Origin: Yuukianura sp. NJ FZ-2021
Taxonomy: Eukaryota
Direction of reading: 5' to 3'
DNA length: 64,000 bases
Assembly: GCA_046563655.1 (NCBI GenBank)
Contig: CM102285.1
Span: 8,494,001 to 8,558,000, forward strand
Numbering within the stretch: position 1 is the first letter of the stretch; each line of letters begins with the position of its first letter. The notes under the pieces are model-generated. The model was not told the DNA's origin, ran no database searches, and saw nothing but the letters and a program-made list of their open reading frames with translations. A program made the translations under genes and the position numbers. Below are positions 37,935 through 52,900 of this stretch, piece by piece.

Positions 37935-40900
37935 ATGACATTTGAGCAAGAATCACACTATCCTTACAGTCAGAGGTCAATAATCAAGGGCCGCTCATCT
38001 TCACTCACAGCTCCAGCGTACTCGAGTCCATCGCTGGAAGGGATCATGAATAGTACTAGAAATACAAGTACTGGAAGTGGTGGCGTGGTTGTCAGTGGCG
38101 CTGGCGCTCCTGTTTCTGGCAGAAGACCTGTGCCAGGAGGTATTCTCGTAAATTCGTCTCCGTCGTCATCGGCAAGAGAAAATGGGCAATCAGCCCGATA
38201 TCGGACTAGTAGCATTTCAGATTACCCATCAGGCACAACAGCCAACAGTCTTCTTGGAGCTTCAGCCAAGCCAGTAGTTCCAACTACCAACTCAGCTCTT
38301 CCTTCGAACCAACAATCTCCTCCGAACAATACTCCACCAACAGGAAAACCTCAAGGCACAAGAAACGCAAATTCAGGCTCCACTCAGCGCAAACATGGTA
38401 GCGGTGCTCATCGCTCCCAGTCCGCTCGAGTAGTCGGTTCAAAACCGAAAGTGAAACGCCGTGACCCGCGTGACCTTCGTGACTACCAGCAGCATTTGGA
38501 CTTGGCCTCAAGTGAAGGAGCCCTTAGAGACTGTGAGGACTCCTACAATCCCTTCCTAAAGAAAGTACCCTCTACTGGTCGCCTTGTGACGACCAACAGT
38601 TCAGGCGAAATGAGTAACAGTTCACTGTACACAAGTAACGGGACCATGGCTCCACCAGCACAACCTCAGCAGTCCTCCCCCCACTCGACACCCCCAAGGG
38701 ACTCTCCCAAAGTCCTCCGCAGACAGTCTACGGCCTTCGAAGTTCGACGCGGTTCAGATAAGTCTACTCCCGACAAGGATCCCGTGTCATCCTCAAAGAA
38801 GCTGGGAACGATCCCAGCCATCAGCACACCCGAATGCTCCCCAACGCCACAGCGTCGTGCCTCTACTAAGCCCGTTGGACTACCAAAGTCACCACAAGTC
38901 ACGCGGTCTAGCTCTACCAGACGAGCTAATTCAGTCAAAGGACGAAGGAACACAACATTTCTAGATGTGCCTGACCTCAATTGTTCACCACCAGAAGATG
39001 AGGACGAAGAGTCCTACAGACTCAGAACTTTCAATGTCACATCAAAAGGTAAGCTCAAATTTCTCTACTTTCTAAATGCTTTCTCCTCTTATTTGTCTAA
39101 TCTCCGCCAACTTACAAAAAAAGTCATTGGAAATAGAAACCTTGAAAGTCTCGTTTTGCTTTCTCCACATTTACTACAATCCATATGTAATCTAGAGAAA
39201 ACGAATAACTTACTTACTGTGTAAGCCCATTGTCATAAAGTGTCTAAAGTATTATGTAATCCTTTCCGCGTTAATCGCCACACTTCACACAAAATTATGA
39301 TTTACAAAATTATAATTTACTATAATTACAACTCCCTAACTACTTCCCTCTTTCATGTTTCATCCAAAAGTAAGTCACTTTCTCCTCTGGGAGAAGTTTC
39401 TCAAAACAATTTCCTCTTTTCCCAAAAGTTATGAACACCTTCCAGGAAAAGAACAATAAGGTTTCCGAAAAAGTTTCACTTTTTTATTAAAAACTAATCT
39501 CCGGCCTCTTTTAGAACAAAAGCATCTTGGTTGTCTCTGGAATGACGTCCTTCCGTCGGTCCTTCCTCTCGTAGCTTTCTCTGAATAGCCCCCCTTTCCA
39601 GATTTCATTTTCATTTTCAACTAATCTCAGGAAACTGCTCAAGCATTCGCCCCCAGCATTCCAAATTACAACTCCCACATAAGCCTAAATCCAGCACATT
39701 TCCAGGAACTGATTTCATTTTAACTCGTAAATACGTAAACAGAGAACAAAGGCAGCTCCAACCGCAATCAGAGAGGTAATTTGTACCTCTGATCACCAGG
39801 TTTTGATGACCTTAGCTAATTACAACAAGATCAAGAGTTAAGTTAGTTAGGCTAAGCTAACCTAACCAACCTTACCCTGAGCTCTAGCTGTCTTTTAATG
39901 TGTCGTTACTTCTTAGATACTTTCTCTCAACTAATCAACTCCCTTTTCAAAAGAACTTGTCGTCTCTTGCCATAATCCTCTCAAGCAGTCCAATCCTTCC
40001 AAAATCTAAAGCTCCTCGTCAAAGTCAAGTGAAAGCCAACAAGAAACAAAGGCTTTGGAACCAGGAAAACAACAAAAGACTTTTCACTCGTCCTTATTTG
40101 AAGGTTCCTCCATGCAGAAGTTCTTTAAAACATTATTAAAGTTCAACTTTCTCCTTCCGCCCTACCTCACTTGACAACACTTTATTAAAATGCAATATCT
40201 GAATAGTATCTCCATTTTCTCTTTCACAACACTTTTCTCTCTCTCTCTCGAACTTTCATCTTTTTTAACCTCGTAACTTCTCAATTCAAAAGTAAAAGTT
40301 CCCGTTAATCCCCATTTCCCGAGATGACTCTCCGGAAGTCCTGCCTTTAGTTTCCACACAACTTTCACCACCACTCCTGTTTGTGCTTCCAGACCACGTC
40401 TAAACGGAAACAGAATTTTCCAGTTCCATTAAAACGGAATGGCATTTGAGCAGGAGCAGAATAAGTTTCATTTGAACACGCAATCCGCCCATGTTTTCTC
40501 CCGATAGTTTTCTACTTCAAAAACTACATTGCTGCGCAAAGAGCCAAGACCAGGGTTGTTTGTGATAATCAGTCTCGTCCAATGCTTTCTCTTGGATTCA
40601 TGATGGAATAATAGAAAGTATTGCCTTTCCTCCATCCTAAAGCAGAAGGTAGAGCAATAATTCAAACATACTTGGGCATGAACCCTCTACCTACAGTATA
40701 CGCTAAGCATAGGTTGAAGCGAGTATGCGAGAAAGTAGGTCCGGTGAGGTCAACCTCGCCTATTCTCGCTTTCACTAGTTCCAAAAAAAATCTTTTCTAA
40801 AAAAAAGTACGTACAACAGGGAGAAAGTTGGTAAGCCTAAAATGAATAAATGCCCGTATATCTCATAGCTCTCTTTGGTTTGGTTACAAAAGCAAACAAG

Positions 40901-43900
40901 GAGCAGATAAACTAATGCAAAGAGTTGCAAGTGGACTAAGTTCGGCTTCAATACCTTTCTCTTTTAACACCAGCAGTATTCTAGCCCATTCAAATATTCA
41001 AATTCGGTTGTTGCTTTCTACCGCAGTTCGAGCCATAAGCTATCCGCAGTAGCTTTTTGGTCAATGTCAGCCTAATCCTATACAAAATGCGGGCTTTCTC
41101 CGGGAGAAAGTTGTCCTTTCCTAAACAGTAACACTTGAACCTTTTCAAATTTGGCGCCTATGCTACTCAATAATTCAAACCACATTATCCTCCATTACCC
41201 ATCACCTAGTTCAAGTTAGACACAATTAGTTGGTAATTCCATTCTTCAGACGAGAACCTATCACGCCACGCCAATTTTAGCACAACAACCAACAGACAGA
41301 CAAATTTCAAACGCATTTTTCATTTTCTCCCGACTTCAAATGACATTAAGGTTCTGGAACATTTCAATTCTATTAGAAAAAAACATTTACATCTGTTTCC
41401 ATATTTAGAAAAACCAGAAGCATCTTTTTAAAACATCTTCCTGGATCCTCCCCCTTAACCTTCAGTTTTATAAGTTCATGTGACGTCTGGTACGTAAATT
41501 TAAAGAATGGCACACTCCGCCACCTACTACTATCATCGCCAGAACGTGTCTGTTTAAAAAGAGTTGAAACATTGCTGCAAATGCGTCTTCTCTCTTTTCA
41601 ATCCCACTCCCCATAATTTTAAAACGTGCAAAATTTTTGAAAAAACACACAAGAAATCTTTGTAAAAATACAAAAAAGTGAGTTATTTCCTCTCCAACTG
41701 TCCATTTTTCTTAGCAAAGTTTCCCGGTTTAAATCATTTTCCAATCTAAACAGTGGATTTCAAGAGCAGTTCTGTTTCTCTTTCTGCCTCAAACCCAAAC
41801 ATTTACAGTTAAAGTCCAACTTATCTGTCTTCCGATTTCTATTTTAGAACAAGACTCGCTTCGCTTCCAACATTTTCTAAGGTCATGCCTCACAATTTTT
41901 CAAATTTATAAAAAATCAAACAACCATTTCCATCAAACAACACGTAACGCCCTCAAACCTTACATATTCATGTTCCTTTGCAGTTTGCACACAAAAACCA
42001 CAACTTCAACTGGATCTTAGCCAATGATAATTGACACTCATCTTCAGTTTACACTCTTCAAACTCCACAAAAGTTACATCACCAACAACGTAAAAACCTT
42101 TTCCAAATCCGTTGGCGCCACTATTCCCCTGGAACCGCCGATTCCATCTCTTCGCACACGCTTTGACGGTGGGCGTTGTCCAAAAATTTCAATCATGCTC
42201 AAAACAGAATCCAATAATTCACATGTCCCAAAAAACTTCAAAATCTTGTTCCTCAAATTGATTTTCTTTTCAAGAGATTTGTACGTGTCAATTGTCATGG
42301 ATTGCACAGGGGAGTGTCTCTCCAGCTTTGCATCTTCCAATTCCCTCAGTCCCGTTGGCATGAAATCACAAAACAAAAGACGCATCACCACAACTCTATT
42401 TTGGAACATGAAAATGGAATTGAACAGTTCTGTCTCCTCTGAATTCCCAATCTCCTCTTCCTTCTAATAATATCCTTCCTGATGGAAGAGCCAAAGACAA
42501 AAACTACAACTTTCAAAACTACTTTTCAGTCGGTATTTGAACAAAAGAGACTGAATATGCCAAAGAAAAGAAGGCGCAGAGTTCACTTTTAGATGTTTGT
42601 TTAGCAGATGATGAGCACAAAGAATCTTGTCCCGCAATTCAAAATTTCCAAAACTTCCTCTCAGACTATTTTGACATGTAGAACAAGATTTGAACGATGG
42701 GAATGACCTGGGCACAGACTAATATCCTCCGAATTTCAGACAAAATCCAGCCAACCATGTAAATTACTTCCACTTCCTTTTGCAATTTAAAGCTAAAACT
42801 TCCTGCTCAAAACTACCTCACAGTCATTTCAGTTAAGAATTTCCGAATCCAACTCCGAACCATGACTTCCGCTTGTCATTCTGTCTGAGGAACAATGAAA
42901 ACCATGTTTTCCCGGGTAATCCAGTTTACACTAAACACAAAACACAAACAACGCTGTCATTTGTTTTGTGTTGTGCTGAGTTTTTGAGACTGTCCAAAGA
43001 CCCCGATTTCACACCTAGCAGCACTTGGAGTTGGCAAAACTCCCAAAAATCTTGTAAAGAAAGCCAAACCAAAGTATAAGAACTCGTCAAAATTTGCCAA
43101 AAGAAATTTCTAAAACTTCCATTTCCCAGTAGACTAAATGTTATGTTGAGCAACGGCGCCTCTTTCCTAGTCTCAGTCATAACTTTCTGAGAGGATCCAG
43201 GAAAGATTTGAGAGGGTGTTTCGGATAGTACTTCAAGTGGAACTTCTTCCCACTTTTGTTGTCATGATTTCCTCAAAAAAAAAATGACAAAAAAAAAAGT
43301 AGTGAGACATGAAATTCCAGTCATTTCTGCTTTCTTTAGCGAAATGTCCAAAGGATGAGGCGGAGGTGGAAGGAAGTAAATAACACAAAGGGAGGCTTGC
43401 CCTCTTGCCCCAAATCCAAACCTGTTGCCGCCATTCACTTTCGGATCGGTCGATTGAAAATCAACCCGGGTTCTCTGAACTTTCACCCACTTCCATTCCA
43501 TCTCCGCTTTCAGCGGGAAAAAAGTAAAAAAAAATGTGACCACTTCAACTGCTAAAAGTAAATCAAAGTGAAAAATGTCACATTGTTAAGCCACTCTTAA
43601 AACAGCGAGTCATGAAATTTCCAATTTCATTCTAAATTGGCGTCAACTGGAATTCCTGAGAAACTTAAAAACTCAAAATTAAGTCCAAAGAGCCCAAAAT
43701 AAATAATTTTCTGTCACTTTTCTGAAAAAGAAATATAAATAGTACGCATTTCCTCAAGATATTTTTTCTCCATAAATACATTTAAGCCACATTTTCTTGA
43801 ATTTCCTTGCACACGATGATAAGGATTTGCCAAAAGAAAATTTATTGAGGAGAAAGTGTAGAAAAATCTAAAAGCGGTTTGCGGTTTATTCATAAATCCT

Positions 43901-46900
43901 TAGGAGAAAAGCAGAAAACTGTTAGGAGTTTCAGCCACACCAGAACCACATCTGTCAAAAATGTGTTTCTTTTTTCCTTTAGTGATTTTAGATTATTTTT
44001 CATCTCTTCTTTTTTTTTTCAAAAGAAGGATCAAGTCTTTTCCCCAAAGCGATTTCGTTTTTGAAACTCGTTTTCATCTTCCTTTCCAATTCAACTTTCT
44101 CTCTCTGCTGGAGCTCAAGCAAGTTCAAAAGACTACAAAATTACTAAAAAACAAATAACAGAAGAAGGCAACCTGCACCTTTCCACCTCTTGATTTCGTT
44201 TTTCAAATTCCTTTTCTTATTTTGAAAAATGTCTCACTCAAAATCACAGCCGGCGACTTTCTTTTGCCGCCAGCATTCACTCAAGCGCGTCTTTTCAAAA
44301 ACCTAGAAACTAGTCCACAAAAATGTCACTGATATCAACAAAACATTGAGATCTCATTTCCTACTTTTTGAAAGATGGATGACCACCACACAGGATGACA
44401 GTTTTCTTAAATTTTGGAAAACTACCATATTCATAGGAGCTTCTAAAAATACTCTTAAGTTAAGAAAAACAGTAATCTGACATGTCACTACGCTCATCTA
44501 TCTACTTCGACCAGTGTCTAAAAGTTTACTAACCTTATAGCCTCTTTTAACATCAAATGCCAGCATCTCTCATCCTCCAACTAAGATTAATCGGACCAGA
44601 TTGGATGTCACACCGAATCAAAGCCAAAATACTAAAAAACACTTCTAAAGCCCAAACATAAAAGAAAACAGTTCCTCTCTATCCACATCGTTTCTGTTTC
44701 CTTCCACTAAAATCCGAATTCTCGTTAACAAAACTTGGCCAGAGAAGGCATCACACAGCCCATCGCAAATTCCCACGTCATAACGTCATAGGTTAGCCGT
44801 AAGCATCCACATTACACAGAAAACGCATCAACTTCCAAGTCCTAATCGGAATTCGGAAGTCATAGAAATAAGCTACTCCACGTGCTTGCTCCACTACCCC
44901 GTGATCTCTCCTAGTTTCACAATTTAGAACAACACTTTTAGCATTTCTTGTTCCAAACTTCAAATAAGATGAGATACAAAACCATTTTAATGAGACACAT
45001 CACACCCTTCACACTAGAACACACAGAATCCAATCCAACATCTTCCAGCTGTAGAATCTCCCACAAACAACACACAATCTTTCTAGCAGTTTCCAGTATA
45101 CCAAGCAGATTTAGATTTTGCAGTACTAGGAAGTTTCGAAAACATCGCATTTAACTTTGCCCTTTCAAAGACAGTTTCCATCTGCTACAACTCCTTGGAC
45201 GTTTACATTTTGGAACTCGTCCTATTTTCACCACCTACACAAGATCACTTGGATAAAGAAGAACTTTCCTATAGGTTTTTCCAAACCGAGAAACCATAAA
45301 AAAATTAAAAGCGACACAGGAATAACGTTATGGGGGGAGGAACGACTCAAATTGTAACTTTAAATTTTGATTACCCCATTAACCTCTCTACTGCACTTCC
45401 CTTCTTCGTGATTCCCTCTTTTCACAAAACCTCAAACTCCATATGCATGAACACAAATTTCCAAAATATTCCAAACTTCAAAAAAGTTTAATTTTTCTGA
45501 ATCACGTTCCTAAATCTACTACAGTTTTTTACACAAAACAGAATTTCCTACCTACTATTTAAAAAAAATTCCCTCACAAAATACAATTTCCTACATATAA
45601 AAAAAATTTCCTATGCAAAAAAAAATCCTACATAAAATTCCTATACAAATAGAATATTTCCTCCATAAAATCCAATCCATTTTCTTCGAAAACTTTCCCG
45701 GGAGTCTTAAGTCTGTTTTTCTAAAGCCTAATTTATAGCTCGAGTGTGTCTTTTCGCAATCAGCATTAGTAGCTATTCAAATGAAGAGGAAAGTAATATA
45801 AGTAAGGCTTTTCAAATCCTCCTAAGAGCTTAGACCACAACGTTTTCTCCTGATGGCTCCAACATTTATGTGGAAAAGATACAAGTTAAAAGGAGGAAAA
45901 ACTGGAGAAAGTTATGGACAAACCCAACATCCCCCTGGGAGACAACCTGGCATAACTCACTTTCACTAATCGAAACTTAGGTTTAATTGGACGTAGGCAA
46001 CATAAGCTTTCTGTAAAGGAAAAAGCTCTAGAATTGCTAATGACTCAGCATTAAAGAGCGTTTCCTGGAACTAAAAACCTCTAGGCATTTATACTTCCCC
46101 CACATGCACACAGAATTCGGCCAATGCTCCCTTTAGTACAAACAAATCAAGCTCAAGCCAATACTCAAAATACCAGAGAAAGCGAGAAAATCAGACATTT
46201 AAATTTATCTCATTATCACTTGGACGTTTTAATTTTAACTCAACACGACTTACTATTTCAGAATTTCCCTGAATTTTAGCGTTTTCCAATGCAAATAAGG
46301 TACGTTTTATGGCTTGATTTGGATTCACATCTCCCGCCTTTAGCTATTTTTTGCCTCAGAGAAAGTCAAAAGTGTACTTCAGGTTAATCGGCTCATTTTT
46401 CTTAGTCTAGTTTCGAAAAATTGCTTCGAAATTGTAATTTGACATTTCAAAGTTTTCTTTTGCTTAGCACCTTGTCGAAATTCTTATAAAACTGCTTACA
46501 TTTCATAAGAAAAAAATGAGTTTGAACTTTTTTGGACTTTCTTTATAGAGAAAGTTGCTACGGGACACGGCAGTTTCTAAATGAATACAGCGTCCCCCAC
46601 TTTCCCTTGGCCATTTTATCTCAGGTCATGAAATACTAAACCAAAGTGAAAGCAAGTGAAAGCGAAGGAAAGGAAATGAATATTTGAATAAACCTCTCCA
46701 CGTCTAAGCTCCAACCGTCAGAACCACATCCTTCAACTTTCTCCAAAATCCTAACAGTAACAATGACAAGTACCGAAAAACCTGTCCTTGGCATAACTTA
46801 ACTTAAATGGAGAAAGTCAGCCAAACATCCAAAATTCAACAATTTCTAAATTACTTTTAACATTTTCTGTCTTGTTTTCCAGGGATTGTGAACCGTGGAG

Positions 46901-49900
46901 ATTCATTTCGACGGCGTAGGTCCAGAAGTAACAGTTTGGTTCCTACTCCAGCCACAACGCCTGAACCCCAGCGTAATAATACATTTGTATCTTCCGAAGA
47001 TGGACTGCTGCTGCCCGGCCCCCCAGGGGACTCGTACCCCCGAAGGTCACCTCTCCCCAGCCCCAGAAGCCCCCGCACCTCCGCCCTCCTTCCGGACAAC
47101 CTCCTCCAGCAACTCCAGCAAGGAACCACGGGTGACGATCAGGAGGAGGAGGAAGAACACGAACCACTGGCCAATCATCGCGTGGCGATGATTGGGTCAC
47201 GCGGAGTCGGCAAAGCAGCTCTCGTTAGTCAATTCATGACTTCAGAATGTATCAACGCCTACGACCGTCAAAATGGTAAGCAATCCTGAATACTCTAAAA
47301 AAATAACTTTTCCAAAAAAATTCCCCGAAAACCCGGGTATTTGCAGCCAAATGTCACTCTCGTAAAAAATACCACATAAACCAGCGGCTACGCTCAAAAA
47401 ATTTGACATACCATAAACAACTTTTAGCAAGAAAAAAGTTTAGTTTTTCTTTAAGAATTTCGTAAGTTCCCCAACGACAAAAAGTCTGTTGAAAGGAAAC
47501 TCGTTCCGATAGACCTCAAACTCGTTCGTGGTAGCAGCAGCGCAGTAGGTTTTACAAGCCAAGCTAAAAATGTCAGATCAGCGCCGGATCCCGGGAAAGT
47601 GAGTGGTGAATGATCTGTACTGCATTGCATGTCAAGCCCAACTGCCTACCGACCCACATTTCCCCTGGGTGCTCTCTCTGTACAATGTTCGTGGAGCTGA
47701 AAATTAATACTTGAGCATATGATTAATGTCTCGTACCCATTGTGCGGGGGAAAGTACTTCAAGTGAAATGGAGATGCTGGCCAGCATCCAGCATCCCAAG
47801 ACTCCCAAGGGACAGTTCCCCAGCCCTTTATTCACTAAAAGACTCCAATTCCAATAAAAAATCCACAAATACTGGCACGTCAGTGCATCAACCTCCTGCT
47901 AAAAAGCAAGGAAAGCAGGAAAGCACATCTCAAGTTAGAAACTTCACACATGCCAAAAATATGTTCTCCTTAAAGTCAGCTTTCCTTCCTTATGGCCTTG
48001 CATCATTTTCAAAATCTGCTGTCTCATCAACACTATGTTGTCCCAAGCGTAAAATAAAAATAACGTTCACTTCTTGCACCCGAACTCAAGTTCTCATCTT
48101 ACTTTTAGTTTTAGCAGTCCGCTCGAGCCTTCTAACAAGAAATAGCTTCTTGAATTGCAATGCTGCCGGAAAAAAATGAAAAAATCTTTACTCGTATAAA
48201 GTCAAAGTCCAAAACGTCAAACTTTTTCACTCCACTGGTCACCGCATAACTAAAAAAAAAGAGAAAACTGGCAAATCAATACCAATTTCAACGCATCACC
48301 AAGTTCAAGCCATAAAAATTTCATGCTGCTCTCCCTTAAAACCACAAGGATCCTATTCCTACAACTCCCTATCTTCAAAAACATTTTTCTAAATAATAAA
48401 ACCTCATACGAAAAGCATGCCACAAATATTGCTACAAAATCGGCTCTAAAGAGAATAAAAATTACAATGGCTGTTCCAATCCGAAGCCACTGCAATAAAA
48501 TCATTTTTAAAATGTCAGCCCAAACACGTTAATAAGTTCATTGAAAGCCATTGAAAGCGAAGGCTTCAAAAAAAACTAGCGTTTTGTTTACCTTCACCTT
48601 CAGTTTTATTACACAAGTTAGCTATTAAAGTTAACAAAGTTTACACTCTAATTTTACTTAAGTCATCAAATGAAAATGCATCTGGAGTACTACTCCCATT
48701 AAAATGTTTCATTACTGCCAATAATTCAACTTACTAAAAACCAATCCTAGTAGTACTAAAACTAGTCTAGTCGTTCTTGTTAGACTTTCTCCTCCTGCTT
48801 TCCCGCTCAAAACCAGCAGACTTTAAGCACAACCGTAAAACCGCATAGCATTAATTGTTCCAGCAGAATAACCTAGCCGAGCCCAAGGACGCATACAGCA
48901 TAATGTGAAACCCAAACCTAGCATAACCAAGAGCTCCATTTCCAATTCCCTCGACACTTATACCATACCTGCCACCTCAGCCAATTATGACTTTTAATTG
49001 ATTCATTTAAATTCGCATCTCCAAGTCTAAACACGCCTCCAAAGTCAACCCATCCGACTAATACAACTTTCCCCACAAACAAAATTTCTCTCATCAAAAT
49101 GCAAAACTGTGTGGCACACTTGAAACTTGAACTTTCTGTGACTACAAAACCTACAACAGCATATCCCTCCCAGGCACACGGGGTGGTAGTCTGATTGGAA
49201 GTGAAAGTATTGCATGTCAAGACACACAAAGAGAGATATGTTCTGAACTTTAGACAAAGGAAAGGTGAAACAAGGAACTTTCAAGCACCTATACACCCAG
49301 CTCCACTTTTTTTCGAACTTGACATGAACGCCTAGCCTATCAAATGAACAAAGAAAGTTAACATTTCTTTTAGCAGTCCAACAGTGGCTTATACTCCACT
49401 TTCACTTTGGTACAAAGTGAAAGCACTGGAAATAGAAGTTGTGGAGGAGGAACCTCGTCGTAAATCAAATTCAGGCCCATTACATATTCTCCTGGGAGAC
49501 TCCACTTTCAAAAGAACTAAAAACTGTATCATTCGCAAGCGAGTTACATAATAGCCATAGGCCTAGGTAGCACTAGCTAGCAGTGACCTTTCACTCTCTC
49601 AGTCCAAGTCCGACCCAGCATGGAACAACAGTATTAGAAGCCATGATGACCTATTCCGTTTCCAGTTACTAGTTAGAGAAATGCCCTAAATTCATGTTCA
49701 ATTATTTGGAATTGGGCAATTGAAGAAGTACTGACATTTCAAAATTTCAAAATTGCTGTCCTCTCTCCAGGAAATAAAAGTATACATTTTTCATGACGAC
49801 GTTCATGAAGTTTTTTTACCTGTGTCAATTAACCCGTCTTACGGCAGCTTTGTCGTCACAAATTCGGTTTCTCGGTTCCCTTAACTTGCCAACAACAGGC

Positions 49901-52900
49901 TTCCTGCATCTTTTGTCAAATGCAATAGAAAATACAATGTGTACACACAACAGAACTAGTCCCGTAGAATTCCTTTTCTGGAAAGTGCCACTTCCTGCCT
50001 AGCACTCTGCTGGAATGTTCTGGAATACTGCGGAATGTCAAAGGACAATGGCCCTGCAGGCTACGCATCATCTCCTCTGCTTTCTAATCTGATTCCCATG
50101 TAAACACAGTTCCCTCAGACCAAATATTGCATCTATCCCCACCTCTTCCCACCGACCAAACAACCTCGTCCCTGACTTTCTGTGTTCTAAATTATTCAAA
50201 CACAAGCCACGTTCCAGCAGAGTTATTGAAAATGGAGGCTTTGAAACCAAATAAGCAGGATCAGGGCCACCATTTGACTCAATTTTCAATCTACTCAAAT
50301 CTAACAAACATCCACAGAAAAGCACTTCCTAAATCCCATTTTAACTCCACCTTCGCTCCATTTCCGAACAAAAACAACAATAGTACTCGTACATCAAGAC
50401 GGCGAAGATGAAGATCTAAAGCCCTCAAAATCTCAAATGTTCAAAGTGAATTTGATTCCACATTTTATGACTTTCCAAAATAGGTTTCAGCAAAGACTCC
50501 CCAAATAAAGGAAAAACACTCGTAAACCTGATTTCAATTTCAAATTTTTTCTCTTCTGAAATTTCAGATGTCGAAGGAGAGGAAACTGTTAGCGTGAATC
50601 TGAATGGAGAAGAATCCGAACTGACATTTTTCAAAGTCCAAAATTCTAAGGTAAATTTTCGCACTTTACACTAGCAGAATTCCTTAAAAAAGTAAACTTA
50701 AGCAAAGCAATTTTTAAAGTATCTCAACTAAATCTTGTTACAGACGGAAGTCAATCGACTGGACCCACCAGAAGCCTTTGTGGTCGTATACTCTGTCGTG
50801 GACAGATCAAGTTTTCAGAAGGCCGAAGCAGAACTACGGAAACTACAGGAACTGGACATGACTCGCTTGAAAGCCGTGGTTCTCGTAGGAAACAAAATCG
50901 ACTTGGTTCGAAGTCGAGCAGTTTCAACTCAAGGTTAGTCAAAAACACAGCAAATCCTCCCCAAACAGAACTTCCGGTTTTACCGAATTTCATAAACTCT
51001 TATTAAAACATATATAAAAATCTATATAAAACAATTATTTACAAGTTGTTGATCCTCCAGTATACTTCAGGACATGTTCCACAGCAAAAACAAAGCCAAA
51101 GCATAGTCGTTAGTAATTCAATCCTTTCCGACTATTTCCTTTCACGGTCAGTTGCTTTAATTAATTCCACGTTGTAGCACTACAACAAATCGATATGACC
51201 TCCCCATTGGGAAGGGGAATTGGATTTCAAAGTTAACAGAGAAAGTAGAGAAATGGTCACAGGACACAGAACCATAAATCTAATGATGCCATAGTACTGC
51301 GTACTACACCAAAGTAAATCCGACAACCAAAAATACATTATACAACCGAAACCTGAGAGAGATTCCACTCCAGAATTAATTACGACCTTCTTTGTATTTG
51401 GAAGAATTAGTCAACTCAATTCCTGCTCAACTCTTTTAGGCAGTTTAGCCTTAATGCCTAAAATTCCACTTAAACGGTTGGTTACAAAGGACTTTCACGA
51501 GTCGCCTGCCTGTGGAGCTAAATTAGAACGGAGAAAGTCTCCTGGGAGGAAATGAAGCCAGATTAAATTGAAACTAATCTCCCTCTCCTATTCATATCCG
51601 CATAGCACACAGGGCGACACAGAGGCAAACCGCAGTTAATTACATCAAATCAAATCTCTATTTCAAGTTTCAACCTCAAGAATTTGTTTGAATCACGCAA
51701 TACGTTGAAGATTGATGCGTCTGTTTTCTTGTCATACAAATTGTCAAAAGTTACAAAAAAAAAAAATTTTTTTTACAGAAGTTTAACTTTTATGGAGTAA
51801 ATGTTGCAAAATGCTCTTACGACGGTAATGCTTTGTTTTTGTGGTCAAAATTTGACAATGTGAATTACTTTCCGTATTCTAATTTAACACCAGAAATACA
51901 AAATGAATGGAGGTGAAAGAGTTCTGTAATGCAAAAATCAAACATTATATGAGAGAAAGCATTGTGAATTTCTGAAACGACTTTTGATCCCACAAATCCT
52001 ACAGCTTTGCTTAGCGGATAATTCCATACTAACTGTGCTAAAAACGAAATCCGAACTTTATTAAAAATTGATCTGACCGCCATTTTGATCTTTTGCAGAT
52101 GGACGATGCCTTGCCGTTTCCTTTCGTGTCAAATTCATTGAAGTTTCTGTTGGGATTAATCACAATGTGGATGAACTCCTCGTTGGACTCTTACATCAAA
52201 TTAGACTCAAACAGTCACAAGCTGGTAAGTTACAATTTACTACAAGTAGGTCAAAAAACCTACTTCTGAGAGAGGTCAAATTAAAAGAGATTTAGGAGAC
52301 ATTTGATTGCTGGAATAACAGTTCTAGAAAAATTCAAAAACATGTTTGAAAATGAAATTCAGAAACAAGTTTGATCCAAAACCTTCGGCCTCATTCATCA
52401 CTCTGCTAATTTTAATTTTATGACTTTTCCTTCAACATTTCCTCTTTTACTGCATTCCGTAAAATCCAAAAACAAATGAAATATATGTTCTGCCCTACTT
52501 CCCAAAATTTTTGGTTTTTTAAACAAATTTTGTACAAAATTCTAAAAGTAGAAAATCAACTACTCCAAGATTGTATAAAGCTATTGCCAAAAATATCTGT
52601 AATTCTCATTCCAGAGAGGATTTTGGAACAAAAAAAATGCAATTTTTTTAAAGCACAAGAGAGAAATGCTTTCCCTTATTTATTGGCCATTTCTCTTAAC
52701 CTGATCATAAAGAGAAAAGACTAGTCGAACATGGAATGCTTCCAAGTGCTCTCAAAGTACTGTACAAAGTATTAAAGAAGCCTTGTCTTAACTTCAAAAA
52801 CTTTTTACACTCGACTGAATTCAACAAAATTAAGATTTTTTAAGGATAGAACTGCCGGAAAAGTGGAGGCATAGGCCAAATTCAATTTAAAAAAAAGTTT

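Noticed and set aside
42024..42715. Overlapping 147-aa (+), 111-aa (-) and 83-aa (-) ORFs in RGK intron 1
   Set aside because: No recognisable domain and no convincing exon chain. A nested or decayed gene cannot be excluded without a homology search.
45540..45670. Degenerate AATTTCCTAC/poly-A repeats
   Set aside because: Low-complexity intronic minisatellite-like sequence with no sign of function.
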